DNA from: an uncultured Chloroflexia bacterium
GTDB taxonomy: Bacteria; Chloroflexota; Limnocylindria; Limnocylindrales; CSP1-4
Assembly: GCA_963752475.1 (NCBI GenBank)
Contig: CAVVYR010000006.1
Location: 736,001 to 800,000, forward strand
DNA: 64,000 nt
Direction: 5' to 3'
The notes beneath the pieces were generated by a model. It had not been told where the DNA came from and searched no databases. It saw only the letters and a program-made list of their open reading frames with translations. Positions 53,637-63,437 of this stretch are shown here, in pieces. The position numbers were made by a program, and so were the translations under genes. Position 1 is the first letter of the stretch, and each line of letters opens with the position of its first letter.

Positions 53637-54520
53637 GCCGCACCCCCATCGTTCTCGCCCAGGTCGCGCATGGCGATGGCGAACTCTTCCTCGGTGGGCA
53701 CGCCCATGTGCCACTTGTAGTCGCCGGCCATGAAGCTGACGCCGTAACCCTTGAGCGTGTTGGCGATGACGGCCGTGGGCCGCCCGGTCGGCTGCGAGGC
53801 CAACTCGAGCACGCGCACCACGTCAGTCATGTCGTTGCCGTTCATCTCGAGCACGCGCCAGCCGAAGGCCTTGAAGCGGGCCACGAGGTCACCCGGTTCC
53901 TCCGGTGGCAGGCGGTCGCTCGCGGAGTCGCCACGCCAGCCGAATTGCTGGAACCTGTTGTGGTCGACGATGCCGATGAGGTTGTCGGCCCCGAACCGGG
54001 GTGCCACGTGGGCGGCCTCCCAGATCTGGCCCTCCTGCACCTCGCCATCGCCCATGAGCACGTACGTGCGGAAGTCTTGGCCCAGGTGCCTGGCAGCGAG
54101 CGCCATGCCCAGGCCGGCGCTCAAGCCCATGCCCAACGATCCGGTGGAGATGTCGATGCCGGGCAGCTTGTTCATGTCAGGATGACCCTGGAGTCGGGCG
54201 CCCTTCACGTTGAAGGTGTACATCTCCTCGAGCTCGAAGTAGCCCGCGAGGGCCATGGCCCCGTACTGGCCCAGGGCGGAGTGGCCCTTCGAGAGGATGA
54301 AACGATCGCGATCGGGCCAATCGGGCTCATCGGGACGGATGCGCATGATGCGGCCGTACAGGGCCGCGAGGATATCGGCCGCGGAGAGGGGGCCACCGAC
54401 ATGTCCGACCTTGCGGTCGGTGACGGTGCGGATGACCGCGACGCGGATGCGCCGGGCCATGTCGCTGAGCCGCGCGATCTCCTCGGCCGTGGCGGGTGCG
54501 GGCGCGGGGTCGGTGGTCAT
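53633..54520 (-). CDS. Transketolase, N-terminal (TPP-binding) subunit
   Basis: GHVGG, DRFILSKGH, LQGHP, STGSLG, GDGEVQEGQIWEA, KGYGVSFM...WH. Confidence 0.94.
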   Translation of the reverse strand: MTTDPAPAPATAEEIARLSDMARRIRVAVIRTVTDRKVGHVGGPLSAADILAALYGRIMRIRPDEPDWPDRDRFILSKGHSALGQYGAMALAGYFELEEMYTFNVKGARLQGHPDMNKLPGIDISTGSLGMGLSAGLGMALAARHLGQDFRTYVLMGDGEVQEGQIWEAAHVAPRFGADNLIGIVDHNRFQQFGWRGDSASDRLPPEEPGDLVARFKAFGWRVLEMNGNDMTDVVRVLELASQPTGRPTAVIANTLKGYGVSFMAGDYKWHMGVPTEEEFAIAMRDLGENDGGAA

Positions 54521-54888
54521 TCGGGCCGCTTGCCTTTCTCGTAGGAGCCAGGGACGACGGGCGGGCTGAAGAAGCAGGCGATCTCGAGCGGCTCGGGGCC
54601 ATCGGACTCGGTCGCGTGCGGGGTGCCGGGGCTGACCCATACGACCGAACCGGGCTCGAGCTCTCCGACGCCGTCGGGGGTGATGATGCGGCCGCGACCC
54701 GCGACGCAGTAGATCGTCTCCTCCTGGGTGTCGTGGACGTGGCCCTCGGGCGCAGACCCCGCGGGGAAGATCGAGACCCCGAAGCTGATGCGCTCGGTGG
54801 GGATGTTGTCGGGCCCGAGATACGTATGCCAGTCACGTCCGGGCAGGGGATAGACCTCCGCCTCCTGGCGGGATACCCGCTTCATCAT
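54517..54888 (-). CDS. Cupin-domain protein
   Basis: HVHDTQEE..YC..G, VSPGTPH; GAGGTG SD before ATG 54888. Confidence 0.9.
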   Translation of the reverse strand: MMKRVSRQEAEVYPLPGRDWHTYLGPDNIPTERISFGVSIFPAGSAPEGHVHDTQEETIYCVAGRGRIITPDGVGELEPGSVVWVSPGTPHATESDGPEPLEIACFFSPPVVPGSYEKGKRPE

Positions 54889-54970
54889 CAGGTCCACCTC
54901 TTCATGCATCCCATCGGCGCCTGCGTTCGAGCGCCGTTCCCTCCGCCCGTCTGACGGTGCGGATCATCAC

Positions 54971-55198
54971 AATCGATTATCGAGGATACGCGTTTCAGGC
55001 TAGCCAATGTCAAGCGGCCCCGCAACAGGGGCCATCCGGCCTATGCACACAACCGCCTATCAACCCTCCGCCGATCGGTCCACCGGCAAGGCGAGGGCCG
55101 GGTCGCCGGGCTCGTCCGTCTTCCTCGGGCGTTCCCAGCCACCCGTCCTTGACTGTCATGCAGCGAGGCGCGTACAGTCATCGGTAATCGATTATCTA
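54971..55198. promoter_or_regulatory. Divergent promoters, each with an AATCGATTATC operator-like box
   Basis: AATCGATTATCGA at 54971 beside minus TTGACA(55013)-19-TATCCT; AATCGATTATCTA at 55186 just after plus TTGACT(55149)-18-TACAGT(55173). Confidence 0.65.
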
Positions 55199-55376
55199 TG
55201 AGTCGGGCCGCCAAGCGACCCGATGCAGGGGTGGAGGTTGCCGCTGATCCAAGTGCCCTTGAGTTGATGTCCCGACCCACGAGGTCGGGATTGATGGATC
55301 TGATGGCTCGGAGGGAGCCGAAGTCACGGACCGGCCGTGGAGGACGGCTGGCACACCGCATGGAGGCGAACGACAC

Positions 55377-57119
55377 ATGGGACTCTTGAACGACGAGGTC
55401 CTCGGACAGCAGCTCGGAGATGACTCGTTCCCGATCGAGTGGGCATCCGAAGACGAGAAGCGCCTGTTCTGGGTCTACGACGACCTGCACTGCCCCAAGC
55501 CTTTGAGCCCGATGTACGAAGACATCGGCGGCTGGTGGCTCTCCTGTGATCACATGTTCCGCCGCTTCGGCACGCCGTTCGCGACAGACTGGATCTACAA
55601 GAACATCAACGGCTACCTTTACACGACTGCCATCCCAGCCGAGGCCGGCCTGAAGTTCGAGACCCAGGAGTACAACTACCGCACGAATCCGATCGTGCCG
55701 GAGATGGGTGACGCGGACTACGCCGAGAAGATCGGCGGATACCTCAACGCCACGCTCGGCGTCTACGGCCAGAACTTCGCCGGCTGGTGGGAGACCCGCT
55801 TCGTGCCGGAGATGCAGCGGAACTTCGACTACATCGAGATGATGCTCGACCAGAAGGACGAGCTCAGCCTGGCGGATCTGGCGGTCCTCCTCGAGGACGC
55901 CATCGATATGCACGATCGCCATTGGAAGATCCACTGGATGCTCAACTTCGCGCAGCTGAGCGCGACGCTGAACCTCCGTGCGGTGATGGAAGAGACCCAC
56001 GGCCAGGCCGACGAGGTCCTCCTGGGCCGGCTGCAGAACAGCGCGAGCGACCGAAACTGGGACAAGATCCGCGCCCTCTGGGAGATGAAGGAAGAGATCA
56101 AGGGCGACGCTGAGCTGGCCCAGCTCTTCAGTGCCGAGACCGCCATCGAGATCCGACCGGCGCTCGAGGCCAGCCCCCGCGGGCAGCGCTTCATCGACGA
56201 GCGTATCGTGCCCTACCAGAAGGAGTTCGGCTGGCACGCTGTCTGGAGCCACGAGTTCGTGTTCCCCACCTTCCGTGAGGACATGACCCCCATCATCCAG
56301 CTCGTCCGCGACCAGTACGGCGAGGACTACGACTTCCAGAAGGCCATCGGCGACCTCAAGGCGGATATCGATGCCGCTGCGGTCGAGATCCTCGAGGGCC
56401 TTGAGGGCGAGGCGCTCGAGAAGATGCGCGCGGCCAACGAGATCAACCTCAAGATGGCACCGCTCACCCCGGACCACCACTTCTACATCGACCAGGGTGC
56501 CAACGCGCACGTGCGCCTCGTGCTCGTGGCCATCGGCGAGAAGCTCGTCGAGATGGGGGCGCTGGACAAGGCCGACGACGTGGTCATGTTCCGCTACAAC
56601 CAGCTTCGTGCCTTCATCGGCGATCCCGACAGCATGGATGGCAAGGCCATCGCCGCCGCCGCTCGGGAGAAGTGGCATGCCGCCGAGAAGGTGCAGCCGC
56701 TCGATTGGGTCGGTACGGCCACCGAGACCCAGCTCGCCTTCCCGTACCTCAACCTCTGGGGCTTCCCGGACAAGTTCCATCGCTCCCAGGAAAAGGTCGC
56801 GGGGCAGGTCTCGGGCATCGCCGGATCGCCTGGTGTGGTCGAGGGCATCGCTCGGGTCGTCGACTCCGAGGCCGAGTTCGACAGCCTGCAGGTGGGCGAG
56901 ATCCTCGTCTGCCAGATGACCAACCCGGCCTGGCAGGTGCTCTACGGCAAGATCATCGCCGTGGTCACCGATGCCGGCGGTACCGTCTCGCACCCGGCGG
57001 TCCTCGCCCGCGAGTACGGCATCCCGGCGGTGGTGGGTACCTCCAGCGGCACCCGCGACATCAAGACCGGTGATCGCATCCGCGTCGACGGCAACGGCGG
57101 CGTGGTCACGATCCTCTAG
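55377..57119 (+). CDS. PEP-utilising-enzyme mobile (phospho-His) domain protein without an ATP-grasp domain
   Basis: C-terminal GIAGSPGVVEG, GEILVCQMTNPAW, VVTDAGGTVSHPAVLAREYGIPAVVG, RVDG; large helical N-terminal region (DDLHCPKPLSPM, INGYLY). Confidence 0.88.
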   Translation: MGLLNDEVLGQQLGDDSFPIEWASEDEKRLFWVYDDLHCPKPLSPMYEDIGGWWLSCDHMFRRFGTPFATDWIYKNINGYLYTTAIPAEAGLKFETQEYNYRTNPIVPEMGDADYAEKIGGYLNATLGVYGQNFAGWWETRFVPEMQRNFDYIEMMLDQKDELSLADLAVLLEDAIDMHDRHWKIHWMLNFAQLSATLNLRAVMEETHGQADEVLLGRLQNSASDRNWDKIRALWEMKEEIKGDAELAQLFSAETAIEIRPALEASPRGQRFIDERIVPYQKEFGWHAVWSHEFVFPTFREDMTPIIQLVRDQYGEDYDFQKAIGDLKADIDAAAVEILEGLEGEALEKMRAANEINLKMAPLTPDHHFYIDQGANAHVRLVLVAIGEKLVEMGALDKADDVVMFRYNQLRAFIGDPDSMDGKAIAAAAREKWHAAEKVQPLDWVGTATETQLAFPYLNLWGFPDKFHRSQEKVAGQVSGIAGSPGVVEGIARVVDSEAEFDSLQVGEILVCQMTNPAWQVLYGKIIAVVTDAGGTVSHPAVLAREYGIPAVVGTSSGTRDIKTGDRIRVDGNGGVVTIL

Positions 57120-57139
57120 CGATCGGGGAAGCAGCCATC

Positions 57140-57859
57140 ATGACGGACGAAGCGGGAATCACTCGTAGCGTCCTCAGCGAGCAGGTCAAGGGTCGCCTCC
57201 TACAGGCGATCCTTGACGGCCGCTACCCGCCCGGAGCCCGGATCGTGGAGACACGCGTGGCCAAGGAGTTCGGCACCAGCCAGGCTCCGGTGCGCGAGGC
57301 GCTGCGCGATCTCGAAGCGCTGGGCGTGGTCGAGACCGCGCCGTTCAAGGGTGCCCGGGTACGGCGGCCCTCCATCGAGGAACTGCTCGAAGCCTTCGAG
57401 GTGCGCGCCATCCTCGAGGGCCACGGCGCCGTCCTGGCCATGGAGAACCTGAACGGCGACGACCTTGGCCGGTTGGCCGAGCTGACCGAGGAGATGCATG
57501 CGGCCGCGGAGGATAGCGATCCCTATCGCGAAGCCACTGCGGACACCCAGTTCCACCGCATCATCATGCACCACTCCGGGAACGCCACCCTGGAACGCGT
57601 CTGGTCCACGCTCGAGCCGTTCCTGCGGACCTACATCACGATCGTCTCGCCGGGGGTGGACCGCCGGGCGGTCGCCGACCGGCATCTGCCCATCATCGAA
57701 GCCTTGCGCCGGCAGAACCCGGACCTCATCGAGGAGGCCTTCCGGGTCCACTTCGAGGAGGCGGCCATGGCCCTGGCTGAGGTATGGCCCCATCACGAGG
57801 GCGGCACCGATGCCGCCGACAAGCCGCGGCCGGATGAGATGCCGGCCATCGCCATCTAG
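57140..57859 (+). CDS. GntR-family regulator (FCD domain)
   Basis: ILDGRYPPGARIVE..VAKEFGTSQAPVREAL, DTQFH, SGN, H...H. Confidence 0.95.
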   Translation: MTDEAGITRSVLSEQVKGRLLQAILDGRYPPGARIVETRVAKEFGTSQAPVREALRDLEALGVVETAPFKGARVRRPSIEELLEAFEVRAILEGHGAVLAMENLNGDDLGRLAELTEEMHAAAEDSDPYREATADTQFHRIIMHHSGNATLERVWSTLEPFLRTYITIVSPGVDRRAVADRHLPIIEALRRQNPDLIEEAFRVHFEEAAMALAEVWPHHEGGTDAADKPRPDEMPAIAI

Positions 57860-57881
57860 CCCCCACAACCGAAAGGACAAC

Positions 57882-58769
57882 ATGCCAGAGCTCGTACTCA
57901 GCCAGGAGATGTCGGCCGGTCCGGCGCGCCTTCGGGTCGACGTCCTTGGCGGCCCGGCCCGCGATTCCATCGTCAGCGACATGGACTTCCTCAACTACCG
58001 CCTCGCGGCGGTGACGATGGAGGACGCGGTCACGGTCGCACAGCCCGACGTCATCTGGGACGTCGAAGCCGATGTCGACATCAGCTACGACGGCCACGCC
58101 ATGAAGCTCTCGGGCGAGTGGTCCGCCGGCGCCATCCAGAAGGTGCTCGTGACCATGCTGGCGCTGCGCATGGAGGCCGTAGGCCTGCACCCGTCGCACT
58201 CGTCCGCGGTGCGCTACCAGGACCAGTCGATCCTCTTCCTCGGCGGTGAGTCCAACCACGGCAAGTCGATGGGCCAGATCGAGGCCTGTCGTCGTGGGGG
58301 CTTGCTCATCAGCACCGAGACCACGGTCATCGACGAGGACATCAAGGCGGTCATGGGCTCCAAGTCCGTGTTCCTGCGTGAGAAGCGGGCCAAGGGCACC
58401 GAGCGTGCCGACAAGGCCGCACCGACACAGGGCGTGAACAAGTTCTGGGGCGACATGCCCACGTGGGAGGAGTACCCCGACGTCAGCGAGATCGACGTGG
58501 TCGTGCTGCCGGCCATCGATGGCAACTTCGACCCCAGCACCAAGAAGCTGGGCGACTTCGAGTCCCAGTTCCAGGCGCTGCACTCGCTGCAGAACTACTT
58601 CCTCACCAACGAGCTGCTGGCGCCGGGCTTCCCGATGCCGCTGACCGACACCGAGGCCCTGCGCAAGGCCCGAGCCGAGTTCTGCCTCAAGTTCGGTGAC
58701 CGACCCTTCTACTTCGTCCGCGCAGCCACCCCGCAGGTGCTGATGGATGAGGTCGACAAGATCCTCTAG
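57882..58769 (+). CDS. Hypothetical HprK-like P-loop protein
   Basis: HSSAVRYQDQSILFLGGESNHGKS...GGLLISTETTVID; GAAAGGA SD. Confidence 0.7.
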   Translation: MPELVLSQEMSAGPARLRVDVLGGPARDSIVSDMDFLNYRLAAVTMEDAVTVAQPDVIWDVEADVDISYDGHAMKLSGEWSAGAIQKVLVTMLALRMEAVGLHPSHSSAVRYQDQSILFLGGESNHGKSMGQIEACRRGGLLISTETTVIDEDIKAVMGSKSVFLREKRAKGTERADKAAPTQGVNKFWGDMPTWEEYPDVSEIDVVVLPAIDGNFDPSTKKLGDFESQFQALHSLQNYFLTNELLAPGFPMPLTDTEALRKARAEFCLKFGDRPFYFVRAATPQVLMDEVDKIL

Positions 58770-58790
58770 GCCGAACGGAGAGAGGGGACG

Positions 58791-59681
58791 ATGCGCAGGT
58801 TCGCCTATGAGCGACCCCGGTCGCTGGCCGAGGCCACGAGCCTCCTCGTGGAGGCGGGCGACGGTGCCCGCGTCCTGGCTGGTGGGACGGACCTCGTGGT
58901 GGGCCTGCGTGACGACTCCATCCGGCCCGAGGTCGTGGTCGATCTCAAGTGGGTCGAGGAGTTCAGCGCTGAGACCATCGTCCTTCGCGACGGGCTCTTC
59001 ACCTTCAACGCGCTCGCCACCATGACCCAGATCGAGCACGACGTGCGCGTGCTCGGTCAGCTGTCTGCGTTGGCCGAGGCTGCCCGCGTGGTGGGCTCGG
59101 TGCAGATCCGCAACCGAGCCACGCTCGCGGGCAACATCTGCAACGGCTCGCCCGCGGCTGACACGGCCCCGCCACAGCTGCTCTATGGCGCGGTCGTCGT
59201 CATCGCCGGACCCGACGGCGAACGTCGCCAGTCGGTCCACGAGTTCATGCTCGGTGCCCGACGGCCGGGACCCGACAGACGCAAGGTCGACCTGCGTATG
59301 GGCGAGTTGGTGACGGCCATCGAGATCCCGATTCCGGCGGCCGACTTCAGCGCGGCCTACACTCGCCTCGTCCGGCGCAAGGGCACCGACCTCGCCTCGA
59401 TCACCATGGGTGTCTCGGTCGACGGTGCGGGCGTGACCCAAGTGGCCTACGGCAGCGTCGGACCACGTCCATTCCTGACGTCTGACGACAGCGGCGTCCT
59501 GGCCGACCCGGCCGCGGATCCTGCCGCACGGGCGGCCATCCTCGACGAGCTGCTGAGCCAGGCCGTGCCCTCGCCGCGCTCGATCCGGGCAGGCCCCGAG
59601 TATCGACTGGCGATGTTGCCTGTCCTGGCCATGCGCGCGCTCGATGCCGCGCTCGAACGACGATCCCGGAGTGCCGCCTGA
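58791..59681 (+). CDS. Xanthine-dehydrogenase-family FAD-binding subunit
   Basis: LAGGTDL, VGSVQIRNRATLAGNICNGSPAAD, EYR. Confidence 0.94.
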   Translation: MRRFAYERPRSLAEATSLLVEAGDGARVLAGGTDLVVGLRDDSIRPEVVVDLKWVEEFSAETIVLRDGLFTFNALATMTQIEHDVRVLGQLSALAEAARVVGSVQIRNRATLAGNICNGSPAADTAPPQLLYGAVVVIAGPDGERRQSVHEFMLGARRPGPDRRKVDLRMGELVTAIEIPIPAADFSAAYTRLVRRKGTDLASITMGVSVDGAGVTQVAYGSVGPRPFLTSDDSGVLADPAADPAARAAILDELLSQAVPSPRSIRAGPEYRLAMLPVLAMRALDAALERRSRSAA

Positions 59682-60178
59682 TGGCCGAGCGACGCAAGAT
59701 CAGCCTCGAGATCAACCGACGCGCGCGCGAACTCGACGTCGCCGTGCACCATACCCTCTTGGAGGTCCTGCGCGACGAGGTCGACCTCACCGGCACCAAG
59801 GAGTGTTGCGTGGTCGGCGAATGCGGCGCCTGCACCGTGCTGGTCGACGGGCAGTCGGTCAACTCCTGCCTGATGCTGGCGGTGGAGGCCGACGGCGCGC
59901 AGGTGCTGACCGTCGAGGGACTCGCGATCGACGGCGAGCTCGACCCGCTGCAGGAGGCCTTCCTCGACCAGAGCGCGGCCCAATGCGGCTTCTGCATCCC
60001 GGGCCAGCTGATGTCGGCCAGCGCCCTGCTCGACAAGATCGAGGACCCGTCCGACGAGCAGATCCAGGAGGCGCTGGCGGGCAACCTCTGCCGTTGTGCG
60101 GGCTACGAGCAGATCTTCAAGGCCGTTCAGCAGGCCGCGCGAGTCAGGCGTGGCACGGCAGAGGAGCCGAGGGCATGA
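59681..60178 (+). CDS. Xanthine-dehydrogenase-family [2Fe-2S] subunit
   Basis: GTKECCVVGECGACTV, NSC, QCGFCIPG, GNLCRCAGY. Confidence 0.96.
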   Translation: MAERRKISLEINRRARELDVAVHHTLLEVLRDEVDLTGTKECCVVGECGACTVLVDGQSVNSCLMLAVEADGAQVLTVEGLAIDGELDPLQEAFLDQSAAQCGFCIPGQLMSASALLDKIEDPSDEQIQEALAGNLCRCAGYEQIFKAVQQAARVRRGTAEEPRA

Positions 60179-62443
60179 GCGCCGAGCGCAAGATCGGCGT
60201 CTCGCCGCACCGGGTCGGCGGCTACGAACGCGTCACCGGCGCCCAGGAGTACCTCGCGGACATCCCCTTCGAGGATGTCCTCTACGCCAAGCTTGTGACC
60301 ATCCCGTGCGGGCGTGCGCGCCTCAACGACATCGACACCAGCGCCGCGGAGGCCATCCCCGGTGTGCGGCTGGTGATGACCGCTGCCGGTCTGCCCCAGC
60401 CGGTGCCTCGCTTCGGGCCGCAGTACCAGGATCGCCCGGTGCTGGCGGTGGGCGAGACGAAGTTCCACGGGGAGCCTGTCGCTGCCGTCGCAGCCGACAC
60501 CAAGGACGCGGCCGAGGAGGCTGCCCGACTCGTGGCGGTGGACTACGACGAGCTGCCGGGCGTGTATACGGTGGGCCAGGCGCTGGCCGACGATGCCCCG
60601 TTGGTGCGCGAGCCGGAGTTGCGCCCCGAGGACGACCCACATCGTGAGAGCAACGTGCTCACGACGCACGCGTTCGGTTGGGGCGACGTGGACGCGGCAG
60701 AGGCCGCCCTCGTCATCGATGAGACCTACTCCTTCCCCATGATCACCCACTTCGCCATCGAGCCGCACGGCTTTGCGGCCGCGCCGGTCGAGGACGGTAT
60801 CGCGATCTGGTCGACGATCCAGCACCCATACCTGCTCCAGAAGCTGATGGCCCGAGTGCTGGACCTGCCGCTGGCCAAGGTGCGTGTCTACGCGCCCGAT
60901 CCCGGTGGTGGCTTCGGCGGCAAGCAGAACATCAAGCTCGAGCCGCTGGTGGCCTTCATGGCGCTCGAGACCGGCCGCCCGGTGCGACTGGTGCTGACGC
61001 TGGACGAGTCATTCCAGGCCAACCGGCGCACCTCCGCCCAGATCCGCGTGCGCAGTGGCTTCACGACTGACGGCGCGCTCGTCTTCGAGGACATCATCAG
61101 CGACTACCTGCTCGGCGCCTATGCAGACATCGCGGACCGTGTCGTGTCGAAGAGTCAGTACGCTGGAGCCGGCCCGTACAAGATCCCCAGCGTGCGCATC
61201 GCCGCGCGTTCGATCCTCTCGAACACCACTCCGGCCATGGCCTTCCGTGGCTTCGGGACGCCGCAGGTCAACTGGGCGGTGGAGTCGAACATCGACGCTG
61301 CCGCCCGCGTGCTCGGCATCGACCGTGCCGAGATCCGACTGCGCAACCTGGCCACTCGTGGCGAGGAGATCATCCCCGGCGACACCCCCGCGGACGGGCT
61401 CTGGCACGAGACCGTCGAGGAGGCCATGGACATGATCGGTTGGGACGAGCCACTGCCCGCAGGCCATGGCCGCGGACTGGCGGTGGGCCTCAAGTCCAGT
61501 GCCACCACCGGGTCTCTCCTACTCCATCGTGCGGCTGCTCGCGGATGGCAGCGTGCTGGTCTTCGCCGGCACCAGCGATATGGGTCAGGGAGCGCGCACG
61601 ATCTTCGCCCAGATCGCGGCCAACGAGATGGGCGTGCCCATCGACCTGGTCACCGTGGTCATGGGCGACACCGCGGTCGTGCCCTATGACCAGCAGACAT
61701 CGGCCAGCCGGTCGACCGTCTTCATGGGCAACGCCATCATGCGTGCCTGTCGCGACATCCAGGCCCAGGTGGCGAAGATGGCGGCGGCGGCCGAGAGCGT
61801 CCCGGAGAGCCAGATCGTCGTGGGCGAGGGCGTGGTGAACCTGCCCGATCGTGACGTCTCGATCATCGACATCGTCGAGGCCGGACTGGGCAAGCTCGGC
61901 GGCGAGCTCATCGGCACGGGCATGTACCGCAAGGAGGTCCAGCCGGACCATCCTCTCGGCGGCAGCCCCGCGTTCTACGAGTTCAACTGCACGGCCGTGG
62001 AGGTCTCCGTGGACCAGGAGACCGGCCACATCACCATCCACGACCACGTCATCGTGGGTGACACCGGCAAGTCGCTCAACCCGCAGCAGGTCGCTGGGCA
62101 GGACGAAGGCGCAGCCATCATGGGCCTGGGGCACACGCTGATGGAACACATGATCCTGGCCGACAACGGCGTCATCCGGAACCTCGGTGCCATCGACTAC
62201 CGCATCCCCACGTCCATGGACCTGCCCTTGCACATGGAGAGCGCGGCCATCGAGAACGAGGACGGACCCGGTCCCTACGGCAGCAAGGGCGTGAGCGAGG
62301 GCGGCCTGCTCTCGGTCCAGTCCGCGGTGGGATCAGCGGTGGCAGAGGCTACCGGCGTGGTCATCCGCGATCTGCCCCTGACGCCCGAACACGTGTGGCG
62401 TTGCCTGCGGGACGCGCGCGCCGACGATCAAGCCAACGACTAG
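60175..62443 (+). CDS. Xanthine-dehydrogenase-family molybdopterin-binding subunit; frameshift near 61510
   Basis: VTGAQEY, IEPH, GGGFGGK, AFRGFG, then second frame DMGQG, ASRS, SKGVSEG (catalytic Glu position); an extra G in GGG explains the break. Confidence 0.93.
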
Positions 62444-62464
62444 GGAGAGGACGAGGAGGACACC

Positions 62465-63373
62465 ATGGTGAGGCCAGAGGAGATGCCCAAGCCGGGCGAG
62501 GTCGGACCGATCAAGGACATGCCCGCAGAGCAGGTGGTCAAGGCCGCCTCCATGATCAAGCAGGGCAAGATGATCTCGCTCGCGGCAGCACGCTTCAACG
62601 GCATGCCGCTGTTTCCCGGCCACCCGCCGTTCCAGGTCATCAACGCCGTCAGCCCGCGCGGCATCGTGGCCGACGGTCGCCAGCCGTGGGGTCCAGTCAA
62701 CGACGCCAACCTTGGCTACATGGCCGAGTACCTCATGTGCACCTCTCACTCTGGCGCGCACATCGACGGCCTCGCACACATGACCATCGGCGAGGACATG
62801 CACTGGTATGGCGGCGGCCGCGCGGACAAGCATCTCGGCGACCATGGCCCGGTCTTCGGTGACGCGGCCAAGATGCCCCCGTTCTTCACCCGCGGGGTCT
62901 TCCTCGACGTGCCCACCTATCGCGGTGTGCCGCATCTCCAGACCGGCGAGCCCGTCGACGCCGCAGAACTGGAGGACATCGCCAAGGCCCAGGGTGTCGA
63001 GGTCCGACCGTGGGATGTGGTCGTCATCCGCACCGGCTACATGAGCCTGTGGCCCGACTACGACGCGATGATGGCCAACAAGACGGCCGGTCCCGACATC
63101 AGCGCCGCCGACTGGCTGCTGAAGAAGGGCGTCGTCGCGACCGGCACCGACACCGAGACCTACGAGGTCCAGCCCGCCCCCGACCCGGGCCCCGAAGGCA
63201 ATCCCCAGCCGGTGCACAAACATCTGCTCATCGACAACGGCATCTACCTCATGGAGAGCCTCGACCTGGAGGAGCTGTCCAGGGAGAAGCTCTACGAGTT
63301 CGCGTTCATCGCGCTGCCCCTGAAGATCCGTGGCACGACCGCCTCGATGGTCGACCCCGTCGCCGCTATCTGA
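62465..63373 (+). CDS. Cyclase-family metal-dependent hydrolase (kynurenine formamidase/isatin hydrolase-like)
   Basis: HSGAHIDGLAH (HxGxHxD), RGVFLDV, VIRTG, GTD, PVH..LL...GI..ME, PLKI. Confidence 0.92.
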   Translation: MVRPEEMPKPGEVGPIKDMPAEQVVKAASMIKQGKMISLAAARFNGMPLFPGHPPFQVINAVSPRGIVADGRQPWGPVNDANLGYMAEYLMCTSHSGAHIDGLAHMTIGEDMHWYGGGRADKHLGDHGPVFGDAAKMPPFFTRGVFLDVPTYRGVPHLQTGEPVDAAELEDIAKAQGVEVRPWDVVVIRTGYMSLWPDYDAMMANKTAGPDISAADWLLKKGVVATGTDTETYEVQPAPDPGPEGNPQPVHKHLLIDNGIYLMESLDLEELSREKLYEFAFIALPLKIRGTTASMVDPVAAI

Positions 63374-63437
63374 TCTGACCCGACGCACCCTGTCCGAAAC
63401 GCCCTCGCCCGCCCGTTCCCGAAAGGAGCCATCCCAA

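Noticed and set aside
55198-55389. 63-aa ORF in the PEP-utiliser leader
   Set aside because: No SD or recognisable features; the region is better explained as a structured 5' UTR.
61500-61520. Split molybdopterin subunit as two genes
   Set aside because: One extra G in a G-run rejoins ATTGLSYS; the second fragment has no independent start signal.
55377-62443. Anaerobic phenol pathway (phenylphosphate synthase plus 4-hydroxybenzoyl-CoA reductase)
   Set aside because: No UbiD-type carboxylase or CoA ligase is visible, and the FAD subunit lacks an extra Cys cluster for a [4Fe-4S] centre.
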